A stretch of DNA of 64,000 nucleotides. Origin: Candidatus Hydrogenedentota bacterium (GTDB lineage Bacteria > Hydrogenedentota > Hydrogenedentia > Hydrogenedentales > SLHB01). The notes below the pieces were generated by a model, which was given only the letters and a program-made list of their open reading frames with translations, was not told the DNA's origin and ran no database searches. Location: positions 320,001 through 384,000 of the forward strand of contig CAXXYE010000003.1 in the NCBI GenBank assembly GCA_963674865.2, written 5' to 3'. The number at the start of each line of letters is the position of its first letter. Position 1 is the stretch's first letter. Positions 40,438 to 51,347 of the stretch are shown here, in pieces. The position numbers and the translations under genes were made by a program.

Positions 40438-41862
40438 ATGCGAAAAGATTTCAGCCCAAGCGACGTCCTGAAACTCTGTGAGAAGGAGGCAATTCAGTTC
40501 ATCGACTTGCGCTTCATGGACTTTCCGGGCCTGATGCAGCATTTCACGGTGCCCCTCGCGGAACTGACGGAAGATACGTTTTCTGAGGGCTTCGGATTTG
40601 ACGGGTCCAGCATACGCGGCTGGCAGCAGATCCATGAGAGCGACATGCTCGTCGTCCCCGATCCTAAGACAGCCACCGTCGACCCCTTCGTCGAAATTCC
40701 GACGCTGATCCTCTACTGCAACATCCTCGATCCCATCACCAAAGAGCGGTACTCGCGCTGCCCCCGGAACATCGCCCTCAAGGCCGAGAACTACATGATG
40801 TCCACGGGGCTGGCCGATATCGCGTATTTCGGCCCCGAAGCGGAGTTCTTCATCTTCGACGATGTCCGGTTTGCCTCTGAGCCCAACGCGGCGTTCTACG
40901 AGGTGGACAGCGTCGAGGGTATCTGGAACAGCGGCCGCGACGAGAACCCCAACTTGGGCAACAAGCTGCGCCACAAGGAAGGGTATTTCCCCGTCGCGCC
41001 GGCGGATGCCACGAACGACCTCCGCAGCAGGATGGTTGCCACCATGATGGAATGCGGACTCACCATAGAGTGCCATCATCATGAGGTGGCCACCGGCGGC
41101 CAGGCCGAGATCGACATGCGCTTCGACGCCATGACGACCATGGCCGACAAGCTGACCATGTATAAGTACATCATCAAGATGGTCGCCCATCAGGCCGGCA
41201 AGAGCGTGACCTTCATGCCCAAGCCGCTTTTCGCGGACAACGGCTCCGGCATGCACACCCACCAGAGCCTTTGGAAGGACGGCAAGCCGCTCTTCGCGGG
41301 GGATAAGTACGCCGGCTTGAGCCAGGAAGCGCTGTGGTACATCGGCGGTCTCTTGAAACACGCCAAGGCCCTCGCGGCATTCACCAACCCGACCACGAAT
41401 TCCTACAAGCGCCTCGTACCGGGTTACGAAGCCCCCGTCAATCTGGCCTACTCGAGCCGGAACCGAAGCGCCTGTTGCCGTATCCCGATGTACTCCCCGA
41501 GCCCGAAGGCCAAGCGCGTCGAGTACCGCACGCCTGACCCCTCGTGCAACCCGTACCTGGCTTTCTCGGCCATGCTGATGGCCGGCCTCGACGGCATCCA
41601 GAACAAGATCGATCCGGGCGAGCCGATGGACAAGGACCTCTACGATCTGCCGCCCGAGGAGAAGGCGAAGATCGAGCAGGCCCCGGGAAGCCTCGGACAG
41701 GCCCTCGAGGAACTCGAGAAGGACAACGAGTTCTTGCTCAAGGGAGACGTATTCACCTCGGACGTGTTAAGCACCTGGATCGATTACAAGCGCGAGCGCG
41801 AAGTCGAGCAGGTGAACATTCGCCCGCACCCGTACGAGTTCTTCCTCTACTACGATATCTAG
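40438..41862 (+). CDS. glnA: Glutamine synthetase type I (beta)
   Basis: [42 protein letters not shown] and adenylylation loop [12 protein letters not shown] after AGGAGG. Confidence 0.97.
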   Translation: MRKDFSPSDVLKLCEKEAIQFIDLRFMDFPGLMQHFTVPLAELTEDTFSEGFGFDGSSIRGWQQIHESDMLVVPDPKTATVDPFVEIPTLILYCNILDPITKERYSRCPRNIALKAENYMMSTGLADIAYFGPEAEFFIFDDVRFASEPNAAFYEVDSVEGIWNSGRDENPNLGNKLRHKEGYFPVAPADATNDLRSRMVATMMECGLTIECHHHEVATGGQAEIDMRFDAMTTMADKLTMYKYIIKMVAHQAGKSVTFMPKPLFADNGSGMHTHQSLWKDGKPLFAGDKYAGLSQEALWYIGGLLKHAKALAAFTNPTTNSYKRLVPGYEAPVNLAYSSRNRSACCRIPMYSPSPKAKRVEYRTPDPSCNPYLAFSAMLMAGLDGIQNKIDPGEPMDKDLYDLPPEEKAKIEQAPGSLGQALEELEKDNEFLLKGDVFTSDVLSTWIDYKREREVEQVNIRPHPYEFFLYYDI

Positions 41863-41942
41863 TCGGCCGTACGAAGCGGCAAAGCACGGAGGTGGCGTAG
41901 AGGACCAAACGTCGCTGACAATATGGCGAAATGAATCCAGAT

Positions 41943-41985
41943 AGACAAAGGCCAGTGCCGTGTGGCGCGGGCCTTTGTCTGTTTT
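41943..41985 (+). terminator. Rho-independent terminator between glnA and gltB
   Basis: AGACAAAGGCC...GGCCTTTGTCT followed by GTTTT. Confidence 0.7.
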
Positions 41986-42149
41986 GCTGGTAGCCCGTGT
42001 GCCACGGGGAGAAGTCGCCCCATGGCGTCGAAAGATAGCGGCCCTTGAGACAAGGGCCGCTTATTTGCGAGAATGGGAGCCCCGCCGGAATCTCGGCGGT
42101 GGGCGTCTATCACGCCAGCAAGACCACTCGACAAAAGAGGTTGTTCCCG

Positions 42150-45100
42150 ATGCGACAAATTTCTGCTGAGGGGCTCTATGCCCCCTGTTTCGAGCACGAC
42201 AGCTGCGGGGTTGGATTTGTGGCCAATTTGTCCGGCCCCCCCACCCATACCATCATCCGACAAGGCATTCAGGTACTTGAGAACCTGGTTCACCGCGGCG
42301 CTGCGGGCTGCGACCCCGATACGGGTGACGGCGCAGGCCTCCTGCTCCAAACGCCGCAACGCTTCTTCGCCGAACAGGCGGAGGCTCTTGGTTTTCACCT
42401 CCCCACCGCGGGCGCTTACGCGGTGGGGATGCTTTTTATGCCCCACGATGCGAAAGACAGGGAGGCGTGCAGGAAGATCGTCGAGAAAGCCGCGGAGCAC
42501 GATGGCGCCGCCGTCCTCGGTTGGCGAGACGTGCCCCGGAACTCCGAAGCCCTCGGCTGGCTGGCTCGGGAAAATGAACCTGTTATTCAGCAAGTATTTT
42601 TTCAGCGCCGTGAGGGGCTCGATGTCGACGGCTTCGAGCGGCGGCTCTACGTGATTCGGAAGGTCATCGAAAGCGCCGTTGCCGAGTCGGACATCCCCTC
42701 AAAGGAACAGTTCTATATCGTGAGCCTGTCCGCCCGGACCATCTGTTACAAGGGCCTCATGCTGGCGCACCAAATGGACGCGTATTTCGAGGATCTCTCT
42801 GAGCCGTCTTTCGAGAGCCGGCTCGCCCTGGTTCACCAACGCTACAGTACGAACACCTTGCCGACCTGGCCCCTGGCGCAACCGTTCCGGTTCCTCGCGC
42901 ACAACGGGGAGATCAACACCCTGCGCGGGAACATCAATATGATGACGTCCCGTGAGCCCCATCTGGCCAACTCCTATTTCGGGGAAGACATCAAGAAGCT
43001 CCTTCCCATTCTCACGCCGGGCACAAGCGACTCCGCCATGTTCGACAACGCCTTTGAGCTGCTCATTCGCACCGGGCGGACGCCCTCCCAGGCCATGATG
43101 ATGATGATCCCCGAGCCCTGGAGCGGCCATGAGAGCATGCCGGACGACCGCAAGGCCTTCTACGAGTACTACGCGTGCGCTCAGGAGCCTTGGGACGGCC
43201 CCGCCTCCATCGCCTTCACGGACGGCGTGCGCATTGGGGCTATTCTCGACCGAAATGGGCTCCGGCCTTCCCGCTACTGGGTGACGGACGACGACTTCGT
43301 CGTAATGGCCTCCGAGGTCGGCGTGCTCGATATTCCTCAGGAGAAGATCGTCAAGAAAGGGCGGCTGCAGCCTGGCCGCATGTTTCTTATCGATACGGAA
43401 GAACATCGGATCATCGATGACGAGGAAATCAAACAGCGTCTCTGCATCATGCGGCCCTACCGCCTCTGGCTGGATATGAACCGCATCGCGCTCCCTGAGA
43501 AGCCGGCGCCCATCGGCTGGCCGGAGCCCGAAGAGCCGCTGCTTCAACAACAACAGATCTTCGGCTACACGAGTGAGGATCTCGAGATCATCCTTGCGCC
43601 CATGGCCAATGAGGGCAAAGAGCCCATCGGCTCCATGGGCAATGACGCCCCGCTGGCCGTCTTGTCCAATCGCCCGCAGTTGTTGTTCAGCTACTTCAAA
43701 CAGCTATTCGCCCAGGTGACTAATCCTCCCATCGACCCCATTCGCGAAGAGCTCGTCATGTCGCTCGAAACGGACATCGGCCGCGACGGCAATTTGCTCG
43801 ACGAGACACCCGAGCATTGCCGCAAGCTGCATCTTATGTCTCCCATCCTTACCGATGCGCAGCTCGATTACCTGAAGAAGCTCGACCTCCCCGGACTCAA
43901 GGCGAAGAGCGTTAGCACCCTTTTCCCCGTGGACAAGGGACCCAAAGGCATGGCCCGCGCGCTGGACCGGATCTGCAAAGAAGCCTCTTCAGCAGTCGAC
44001 GAGGGATACGCGATCCTCATCCTCTCGGATCGCGGCGTCAACCGCGCCAATGCCCCCATCCCCAGCCTGTTGGCCACGAGTGCCGTGCATCAGCACCTCA
44101 TTCGCGAGGCAAAACGCACGTTGTGCGACCTCGTCGTCGAATCCGGCGAGCCGCGCGAGGTGATGCATTTCGCCCTGCTTTCCGGCTACGGCGCCGCGGC
44201 CATCAATCCCTACCTGGCCTACGAGTCGCTGGATGAACTGCGCCGCCAGGAGGCCGTCACTGAATCGCAGCGTGGGAAAGGAAAGAAGAACTACATCAAG
44301 GCCGTCGAAAAGGGCCTTCTCAAAACCATGTCCAAGATCGGGATCTCGACGCATCAAAGCTACCGCTTCGCGCAGATTTTCGAGGCCATTGGACTTAGCA
44401 ACGAGCTTGTGGAGCGCCATTTCACCGGTACCGCCTCGCGGGTCGGCGGGATCGGTATCGAGGATGTTGCGAAGGAAACGCTGATGCGGCATGCTGTCGC
44501 GTATCCGGCGCGGCAGGCCAAATCCCCGGCCCTCGATCCTGGCGGCCAGTATCGCTGGCGCCGCCGCGGCGAATTCCATCAATACCGCCCCGAAACCATT
44601 GCCAAACTGCAACACGCGGCCCGCACCAACGACTGGCAGGTGTACCAGGAGTTTGCCGAGGCCATCAACGATCGGGAACGCACCCTGGCCACGCTGCGCG
44701 GACTGTTTAAGTTCAAAGAGGCCACGGCCATCCCCCTTGAGGAGGTCGAGTCCGCAAAAGAAATCGTCAAGCGATTCTGCACCGGCGCCATGTCCTTCGG
44801 CTCGATCAGCAAGGAGGCGCACGAAACTCTCGCCATCGCCATGAACCGCTTGGGCGGTCGCAGCAACACCGGCGAGGGCGGCGAAGACCCGGCTCGTTTT
44901 GAACCCGATGCCAACGGTGACCTGCGCCGGAGTTCCATCAAGCAGGTTGCCTCAGGGCGGTTCGGCGTCACCAACGAATACCTTGTCAACAGCGACGAAT
45001 TGCAGATCAAGATGGCCCAAGGCGCTAAGCCCGGCGAGGGCGGCCAGTTGCCCGGCCACAAGGTCTTTGAAGAGATCGGCCGCGTGCGCTACTCGATGCC

Positions 45101-46682
45101 GGGCGTCGAACTCATTTCGCCCCCGCCCCATCACGATATCTACTCCATCGAGGATCTTGCCCAGCTCATTCACGACCTCAAGAACGCGAACATCTACGGC
45201 AAAGTCTCTGTCAAACTCGTGGCCGAGGCGGGTGTGGGAACCATCGCCGCGGGCGTGGCAAAAGGCAAGGCCGACCTCGTGCTGATCAGCGGCCATGACG
45301 GCGGCACGGGGGCGTCGCCGCTCAGCAGCATCAAACACGCCGGCCTCCCATGGGAACTGGGCCTGAGCGAGACCCATCAAGTACTCGTCGAGAACAACCT
45401 TCGCAGCCGTATTCGCGTGCAGGCTGATGGGCAGATGAAGACCGGCCGCGATGTGGCCATGGCCTTCCTCCTCGGCGCGGACGAAGTCGGCTTCGCCACG
45501 GCTCCCCTGGTGGTCTGCGGATGCGTGATGATGCGCAAGTGTCACAGCAACACCTGCCCCGTGGGCATCGCCACTCAAGATCCGAAACTCCGGCGGAAGT
45601 TCGCCGGCAAACCGGAGCACGTCGTCAACTACTTCTTCTTCGTGGCGGAGGAACTCCGCAGGATCATGGCATCCCTCGGATTCCGCACCGTGAACGAGAT
45701 GATCGGCCGCTCCGATCTCCTCGAATTCGACCCCCTGCCCGACCACTGGAAGGCCAAGACACTCGACCTGTCCCGTGTCTTGAGGGCGCCGGAGCCCTGG
45801 GAGGGCGAGACGCTCTACTGCAGCCAACAGCAAGATCATGACATCGAGAAGGCACTGGACCACGAACTCATCAAGAAAGCCCAGCCCGCCATCGAACGCA
45901 AGGCGCCCGTGCGCTTCAAGCAAGAGGTACGCAACATCTACCGCACCGTCGGTACCATACTCTCGAGCGAGCTAACCAGGCGTCACCATCTGGGCATGTA
46001 CAGCGGAGTGCTGCCCAGCGACACCGTGTGGGTGGACTGCAAAGGGTGCGCGGGCCAGAGCTTTGGCGCCTTTGTCATCCGCGGCGTGACGCTCTGTCTT
46101 GAGGGCGAGGCGAACGACTACCTCGGAAAGGGGCTGTCGGGAGGCCGGATAATTGCTTATCCGCCCACGGAGTCCAGGATTGTCGCCGAAGACAACATCA
46201 TCGTCGGCAATGTGGCGCTTTATGGCGCCACCGGCGGCGACTGCTACTTCCGCGGCATCGCGGGCGAGCGGTTCTGCGTGCGCAATAGCGGCGCCTGGGC
46301 CGTTGTTGAGGGCGTCGGCGACCACGCTTGCGAGTACATGACCGGCGGCCGCGCCGTCATTCTCGGCCCCACGGGCCGCAACTTCGCCGCGGGAATGAGC
46401 GGCGGCATCGCCTTTGTGTATGACGAGAACGGCACGTTTGACTCGCGCTGTAATACCGGCATGGTTGACCTGAAGCCGCTCCATGAAGCCAGCATCTCCG
46501 AGCTTCGGATGATGATCGAAAACCACTACCGATACACCGCCAGCGTGGTCGCGAAACGCATCCTCGATGATTGGGAGCCATCCCTGGCCAAGTTTGTTCG
46601 AGTGATGCCGCGGGCATACGCCCGCGTGATGCGCGCGCAGCGTGAACGCGAAACCGAGGAGGTCACGCATGTCCCCCAGTAG
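42150..46682 (+). CDS. gltB: Glutamate synthase large subunit
   Basis: EHDSCGVGF, HQRYSTNT, HNGEINT, GAMSFGSIS, QGAKPGEGGQLPG, SPPPHHDIYSIEDL and CVMMRKCHSNTCPVG. Confidence 0.97.
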   Translation: MRQISAEGLYAPCFEHDSCGVGFVANLSGPPTHTIIRQGIQVLENLVHRGAAGCDPDTGDGAGLLLQTPQRFFAEQAEALGFHLPTAGAYAVGMLFMPHDAKDREACRKIVEKAAEHDGAAVLGWRDVPRNSEALGWLARENEPVIQQVFFQRREGLDVDGFERRLYVIRKVIESAVAESDIPSKEQFYIVSLSARTICYKGLMLAHQMDAYFEDLSEPSFESRLALVHQRYSTNTLPTWPLAQPFRFLAHNGEINTLRGNINMMTSREPHLANSYFGEDIKKLLPILTPGTSDSAMFDNAFELLIRTGRTPSQAMMMMIPEPWSGHESMPDDRKAFYEYYACAQEPWDGPASIAFTDGVRIGAILDRNGLRPSRYWVTDDDFVVMASEVGVLDIPQEKIVKKGRLQPGRMFLIDTEEHRIIDDEEIKQRLCIMRPYRLWLDMNRIALPEKPAPIGWPEPEEPLLQQQQIFGYTSEDLEIILAPMANEGKEPIGSMGNDAPLAVLSNRPQLLFSYFKQLFAQVTNPPIDPIREELVMSLETDIGRDGNLLDETPEHCRKLHLMSPILTDAQLDYLKKLDLPGLKAKSVSTLFPVDKGPKGMARALDRICKEASSAVDEGYAILILSDRGVNRANAPIPSLLATSAVHQHLIREAKRTLCDLVVESGEPREVMHFALLSGYGAAAINPYLAYESLDELRRQEAVTESQRGKGKKNYIKAVEKGLLKTMSKIGISTHQSYRFAQIFEAIGLSNELVERHFTGTASRVGGIGIEDVAKETLMRHAVAYPARQAKSPALDPGGQYRWRRRGEFHQYRPETIAKLQHAARTNDWQVYQEFAEAINDRERTLATLRGLFKFKEATAIPLEEVESAKEIVKRFCTGAMSFGSISKEAHETLAIAMNRLGGRSNTGEGGEDPARFEPDANGDLRRSSIKQVASGRFGVTNEYLVNSDELQIKMAQGAKPGEGGQLPGHKVFEEIGRVRYSMPGVELISPPPHHDIYSIEDLAQLIHDLKNANIYGKVSVKLVAEAGVGTIAAGVAKGKADLVLISGHDGGTGASPLSSIKHAGLPWELGLSETHQVLVENNLRSRIRVQADGQMKTGRDVAMAFLLGADEVGFATAPLVVCGCVMMRKCHSNTCPVGIATQDPKLRRKFAGKPEHVVNYFFFVAEELRRIMASLGFRTVNEMIGRSDLLEFDPLPDHWKAKTLDLSRVLRAPEPWEGETLYCSQQQDHDIEKALDHELIKKAQPAIERKAPVRFKQEVRNIYRTVGTILSSELTRRHHLGMYSGVLPSDTVWVDCKGCAGQSFGAFVIRGVTLCLEGEANDYLGKGLSGGRIIAYPPTESRIVAEDNIIVGNVALYGATGGDCYFRGIAGERFCVRNSGAWAVVEGVGDHACEYMTGGRAVILGPTGRNFAAGMSGGIAFVYDENGTFDSRCNTGMVDLKPLHEASISELRMMIENHYRYTASVVAKRILDDWEPSLAKFVRVMPRAYARVMRAQRERETEEVTHVPQ

Positions 46683-48177
46683 TAAGAAAGAGGGTCGTTT
46701 CCCCAGCAAAGAAAAGGGTTTCATGGCCTTCAAGCGGGAACTCCCGCCCAATGAGCCGGTTCATGAGCGGATCAAGCATTACCACGAGTTCGTGGGGGAG
46801 TTCACGGCGGAACGCGTGCGGGAGCAGGCCTTCCGCTGCATGAACTGCGGCGTGCCCTTTTGCCACAATGGCTGCCCCCTGGGCAACATCATCCCCGACT
46901 TCAACGACCTCGTGAAGGACAACAAGTGGCGCGAAGCGCTTGACCTCCTGCACTCAACCAACAACTTCCCGGAGTTCACGGGCCGCGTCTGCCCGGCGCC
47001 ATGCGAGGCCGCTTGCGTCCTCGGCATCAACGAGCCGCCCGTCAGTATTGAACTTATCGAGCGGGCCATTGTCCAGCGTGGCTGGAAAGAAGACTGGATC
47101 AAGCCTGAACCTCCCGAGGCCCGGACGGAGAAGCGCGTAGCTGTGGTGGGCTCAGGCCCGGCCGGCCTCGCCGCCGCCCAGCAGTTGAACCGGGCGGGGC
47201 ACTCGGTAACGCTCTTCGAACGCGCCGACGAGCCAGGCGGCCTTCTGATGTACGGCATCCCCGACTTCAAACTCGGCAAAGAATCGGTGAAGCGGCGTGT
47301 CGAGCAGATGCGTGCCGAAGGCGTCGAGTTCCGATGCGGCGTGAACGTCGGCAAAGATGTTTCCGCCAAAGCGCTTGCCGATGAGTACGACGCCGTACTG
47401 CTGACTATTGGCTCAACCCATTCCCGCGATCTGAGTATCCCGGGACGCGACCTCAAGGGCATTCACCTGGCGATGGAGTTCTTGCCGCAAGAGAACCGCC
47501 GCGTCGCCGGGAAAGAGGTCCTGGGCGAGGCGCTCACCGCGAAGGACAAGAACGTCGTCATCCTTGGAGGAGGCGACACGGGCTCCGACTGCCTGGGCAC
47601 CTCCATCCGCCAGGGCGCGAAGCGCATATGGTGCCTCGAACTCCTGCCCGAGCCGCCCGTAGATAGAGCGCTGTCGAATCCCTGGCCGTACTGGCCTTTC
47701 ATCCTGCGCACATCGTCGAGTCACGAAGAAGGCGGCGAAAGGGACTGGAGCGTCCTCACGAAGGAATTCTCCGGAACGAAGAAGGGCCATGTCGAGAAGC
47801 TCCATGCCGTGCGCATCGAGTGGGGCGAGCCGGATGCCACGGGCCGGCGCGCCATGAAGGAGATACCGGGAAGCGAGTTCACCCTCGAATGCGATCTGGT
47901 TCTGCTGGCGTTGGGATTCCTGCATCCCGAGCACGACACGGCCGTCAAGGATCTCGAACTCGAACTGGATAAGGCAGGCAATATCAAGAGCGACGACTGC
48001 TTCCAAACCAGCCGCCCCGGCGTCTTCGCCGCGGGCGATGCGAGGCGTGGACAGTCTCTTGTCGTGTGGGCTATTCACGAGGGGCGCGAGGCCGCACGGT
48101 GCATCGATATCGCGCTGATGGGCACTTCCGACCTTCCCAGCGCAACGGACTTCGGCTACTCAACGGCGGTCGGTTAG
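46669..48177 (+). CDS. gltD: Glutamate synthase small subunit
   Basis: RCMNCGVPFC..GCP, NFPEFTGRVCPAPCE, GSGPAG, GGGDTGSDC and GDARRGQSLVVWAI. Confidence 0.96.
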   Translation: MSPSSKKEGRFPSKEKGFMAFKRELPPNEPVHERIKHYHEFVGEFTAERVREQAFRCMNCGVPFCHNGCPLGNIIPDFNDLVKDNKWREALDLLHSTNNFPEFTGRVCPAPCEAACVLGINEPPVSIELIERAIVQRGWKEDWIKPEPPEARTEKRVAVVGSGPAGLAAAQQLNRAGHSVTLFERADEPGGLLMYGIPDFKLGKESVKRRVEQMRAEGVEFRCGVNVGKDVSAKALADEYDAVLLTIGSTHSRDLSIPGRDLKGIHLAMEFLPQENRRVAGKEVLGEALTAKDKNVVILGGGDTGSDCLGTSIRQGAKRIWCLELLPEPPVDRALSNPWPYWPFILRTSSSHEEGGERDWSVLTKEFSGTKKGHVEKLHAVRIEWGEPDATGRRAMKEIPGSEFTLECDLVLLALGFLHPEHDTAVKDLELELDKAGNIKSDDCFQTSRPGVFAAGDARRGQSLVVWAIHEGREAARCIDIALMGTSDLPSATDFGYSTAVG

Positions 48178-48202
48178 CCAGCCGCCGCTTTGCTCGCCGC
48201 CC

Positions 48203-49795
48203 TTAGGTAAGGGGGGCCTTCTCCTGCGTCCAGATGGAGAGGTTCGTCAAATCTCGCTTCTTCGCCGGGAGCAGAGAGGCGAACAGGAATCCGACCACGA
48301 ACATGACGATGTGCCCGATAATGCCCGTGTAGTAACTGTCGACGGGCAATTTCGCGGCTTCGGGGAGCAGGTTGTAGCGCACCAGCGTCATGTAGAGCGA
48401 CCAGACGATCGTGGCGACGATGGCGATGCCCACGGCGCGGGCGTCGCCGCGCGTGGTGAGGAAGCCGAGAAGGTACAATCCCAACAGCCCTCCCGCCAGA
48501 ATGGAACTGAGGGCGGTGCCCGTGTCGCCGATCGTCTTGTTATCCGAATAGGCCAGTACGACGGCGCCCAGAATCATGATAACGGACGCCGCGATGGCGA
48601 TGATGCGGGCGACTAACAGGTAATGCGTATCTTCGCGCTCCTTGACGAGGTGGCGCCGGTAGAGGTCCACGATGCTTACCGTCGAAATCGCGTTCAAGCT
48701 CGAGTCCAGCGACGACATCGCCGCCGCCAGAACGGCCGCCAAGACAAGGCCCGAGATGCCGGCCGGCAAGTAGTGCATTACGAAGTACGGCAGGATCTGC
48801 TCCGCTTTCTGCGCGCCCGTCAGCATGGCCTCCGTGTCAGGAGTACTGAAATTGCCGTTCTGGAAGAAGACGTACAGGCTGGTTCCCAGGAAGCGGAAGA
48901 ACGTCCAGATGAGCATGCTCGAAATGCAGCAAACCAACATGGCCTTACGGGCTTCCCGCGCGCTGGCCGATGCCGCGTACCGCTGCACGACATTCTGATT
49001 GCACGCATATTCGGCCATGTAATGCGTCAGCCCAACGAACAACATCATCACGATGGTTTTCTCTCCCAATATCGCGTGAAGCGACTCGGGAAACCAGGTG
49101 GCCGGACGCAAGGTGCCGTCCGCCATCAACTCGGAGAACCCAAACTTCCCATGGGCACTGGCCACGGAGAAGATCTCGCCGAATCCACCGGGAAGCAGCG
49201 TGACGACCTTGAATAGGCATATCACGCCGCCCACGGCTAGGACGATGGTTTGCACGACGTCCGTCCACACCACGGCCTCGATACCCCCGGCCACCGTGTA
49301 GAACGACACAAAGACGCCGCTCGCGGTGACGCACACCCACAGCGGGAAATTCGTCAACTCGTGCATCACCAGGGACAGCAGATAAAGAACCATGCTGAGG
49401 CGGAACAACTGGGACAACAAGAATGCGCACGCCCCGTAAAGCCGGGTGGATGGGCCAAAACGCCCCTCCAGATACTCAAAAGCCGAGGTGATCCGGTTGC
49501 GGCGGAAGAAGGGCAGGAAGACATACGCGCCGGCGAGAACCGCCAGCGGGAAGACGGCGCCGATCAGATAGCGCAGCCAGGCCGTCTTGTAGGCGTCACC
49601 CGGAATGCCCAGAAACGAAATCGAGCTGATGGATGTGCCCACCAGGGAGAGCCCGATGGCCCATCCCGGGAATGAGCGGTTGCCCAGGAAGTACTCCTCG
49701 GTGCTCTTATTCCTCTTTGCGAAATAGATGCCGGCGTACGTGACGCCCGCAAAGTACAACGTCATAACGATCACGTCCAAAATGGGAATCTTCAT
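48203..49795 (-). CDS. Sodium:solute symporter (SSS family, sugar/sialate type)
   Basis: YFLGNRS, SAFEYLEGRF, GGIEAVVWTDVVQ, NQNVVQRY and AAAMSSLDSSLN. Confidence 0.9.
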   Translation of the reverse strand: MKIPILDVIVMTLYFAGVTYAGIYFAKRNKSTEEYFLGNRSFPGWAIGLSLVGTSISSISFLGIPGDAYKTAWLRYLIGAVFPLAVLAGAYVFLPFFRRNRITSAFEYLEGRFGPSTRLYGACAFLLSQLFRLSMVLYLLSLVMHELTNFPLWVCVTASGVFVSFYTVAGGIEAVVWTDVVQTIVLAVGGVICLFKVVTLLPGGFGEIFSVASAHGKFGFSELMADGTLRPATWFPESLHAILGEKTIVMMLFVGLTHYMAEYACNQNVVQRYAASASAREARKAMLVCCISSMLIWTFFRFLGTSLYVFFQNGNFSTPDTEAMLTGAQKAEQILPYFVMHYLPAGISGLVLAAVLAAAMSSLDSSLNAISTVSIVDLYRRHLVKEREDTHYLLVARIIAIAASVIMILGAVVLAYSDNKTIGDTGTALSSILAGGLLGLYLLGFLTTRGDARAVGIAIVATIVWSLYMTLVRYNLLPEAAKLPVDSYYTGIIGHIVMFVVGFLFASLLPAKKRDLTNLSIWTQEKAPLT

Positions 49796-50054
49796 GTCCT
49801 CTCCCCACCTTATTGCCAGGTTGCGCGTAGGCTAAAACCTAGCATTAGGAGTGCGAGGCATTCAAGAGTCGGCGTAATCCGCAATCGCCCCTGGATAACT
49901 CAGTGGTGCCGCGCACACGGCACTTGGATGTGACGCCGTCTTCCGAAAGCGATTTACTGGATGGGTGAGGCCGGCCTTCTCGACAGTGTCTTTGTTTCCA
50001 ATGACTTGACGCGCGGCACAACCGGCAATCCGGCCACCGGGCGGAATCCGTCCG

Positions 50055-51329
50055 TCACGGAATCGAGGAAGGGGTGGGGCCCTGCGGGGGGATCTCGCCC
50101 GCGCGCTCGAGGGCCAGCTTGGTGAGGATCGGGCCGATGATCTCGAACACAATGCACGTTGCCGTGATCGTGGTGAGGACGGAAGCCCCGATGGCGATGG
50201 GATGCTCAAGCCCATACGCAGCGCCGAGTTGGCCGAATTCATGATTCACGATCAGCGAAAGCCCAATCGCCACGCCCGCTTGCGACAGGATCCCCCAGCC
50301 GATGTACTTCGTCACCTTGCGCTCCATGCGCCCCAAGATCCCGCCAAGGCTCGCGCCGCCCATCAGCCCCGCCGAGCGGGCCAAGACGTAGATTACGCCC
50401 ACGCCGCCGAGGGCGGGCAGGGCGCTCAACTTCAGGTGCGCGCCGGCCAGGCAGAAGAACAGCACGAACAACAGCGGCATCACCTCGAGGAGGGGCGCCG
50501 TCACGCGGTGTACCAGCGCTTCCCGGCGCGTATTGACCAGAACAAAGCCAACCACCATGTTCGTGAGAATGAGCGAAAGGTGCCACCGGAGCGAAAGACC
50601 CGTTGCGACGAGGATCGTGCCAAACACGATGATCAGCATATCCCGGGAGTTCTGGAGCTTCCGGGCGAGTTGGCAGAAACCCAGGCCGACCACGCCCCCG
50701 ACAAGCAGGCTAAGCGCTATCTCCTTGGCCGGGCCGAGCATGGCAGGGAGAAGCTGCTCCGAGGTCCCCGTGGCCTCGCCCAGGAGGAGACTCTTCGCCA
50801 AGGCCGCCGCGAATCCGAAAATGATGATGGCCAAGCCGTCGTCGAATCCGACAACCGCGTAGAGAGCCTTGGTGAGGCTCCCCTTCGCCCGGTACTCCTG
50901 GATCACCGCCACCGTGCCCGCCGGCGCGCTGGCCGGCGCCATCGAGCCGAAAACGAGGGCCAGCGGCAGGTCGCGCGTGTAGATATACACCGCGCCCAAG
51001 ACCGCGAAGAAAGCCATGAAGGACTCAAAGAAGATGATTGTAATGATGCCGTAACCGAGACTTTTCAGCGATTTCAGGCTCAATTCGGCCCCAATGCTGA
51101 AAGCTACGAACCCGAGGGCAATCTCCGTGATGAAGCCAAGACGTTCAAGGAGGGGCTCCTCGAACAGGTGCAGCGCCGACGGCCCGAGTATGACCCCCAG
51201 TACCATATAGCCGATAAGCGATGGAAGCCGGAGCCGACGCGCGACCCCGCCCGCGTAGAAGCCCACCAGCGTTGCCGCGCCCAGCAGGGTGAGGGCCGAC
51301 AGTTTCAGGAATGATAGGTCAAGCGACAT
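50055..51329 (-). CDS. Cation:proton antiporter (Na+/H+ exchanger family)
   Basis: LPSLIGYMVLGVILGP, FSIGAEL, ASAPAGT, GFDD and SQAGVAIGL; many TM segments. Confidence 0.88.
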   Translation of the reverse strand: MSLDLSFLKLSALTLLGAATLVGFYAGGVARRLRLPSLIGYMVLGVILGPSALHLFEEPLLERLGFITEIALGFVAFSIGAELSLKSLKSLGYGIITIIFFESFMAFFAVLGAVYIYTRDLPLALVFGSMAPASAPAGTVAVIQEYRAKGSLTKALYAVVGFDDGLAIIIFGFAAALAKSLLLGEATGTSEQLLPAMLGPAKEIALSLLVGGVVGLGFCQLARKLQNSRDMLIIVFGTILVATGLSLRWHLSLILTNMVVGFVLVNTRREALVHRVTAPLLEVMPLLFVLFFCLAGAHLKLSALPALGGVGVIYVLARSAGLMGGASLGGILGRMERKVTKYIGWGILSQAGVAIGLSLIVNHEFGQLGAAYGLEHPIAIGASVLTTITATCIVFEIIGPILTKLALERAGEIPPQGPTPSSIP

Positions 51330-51347
51330 GTTTTGGTTCTCAGGACG

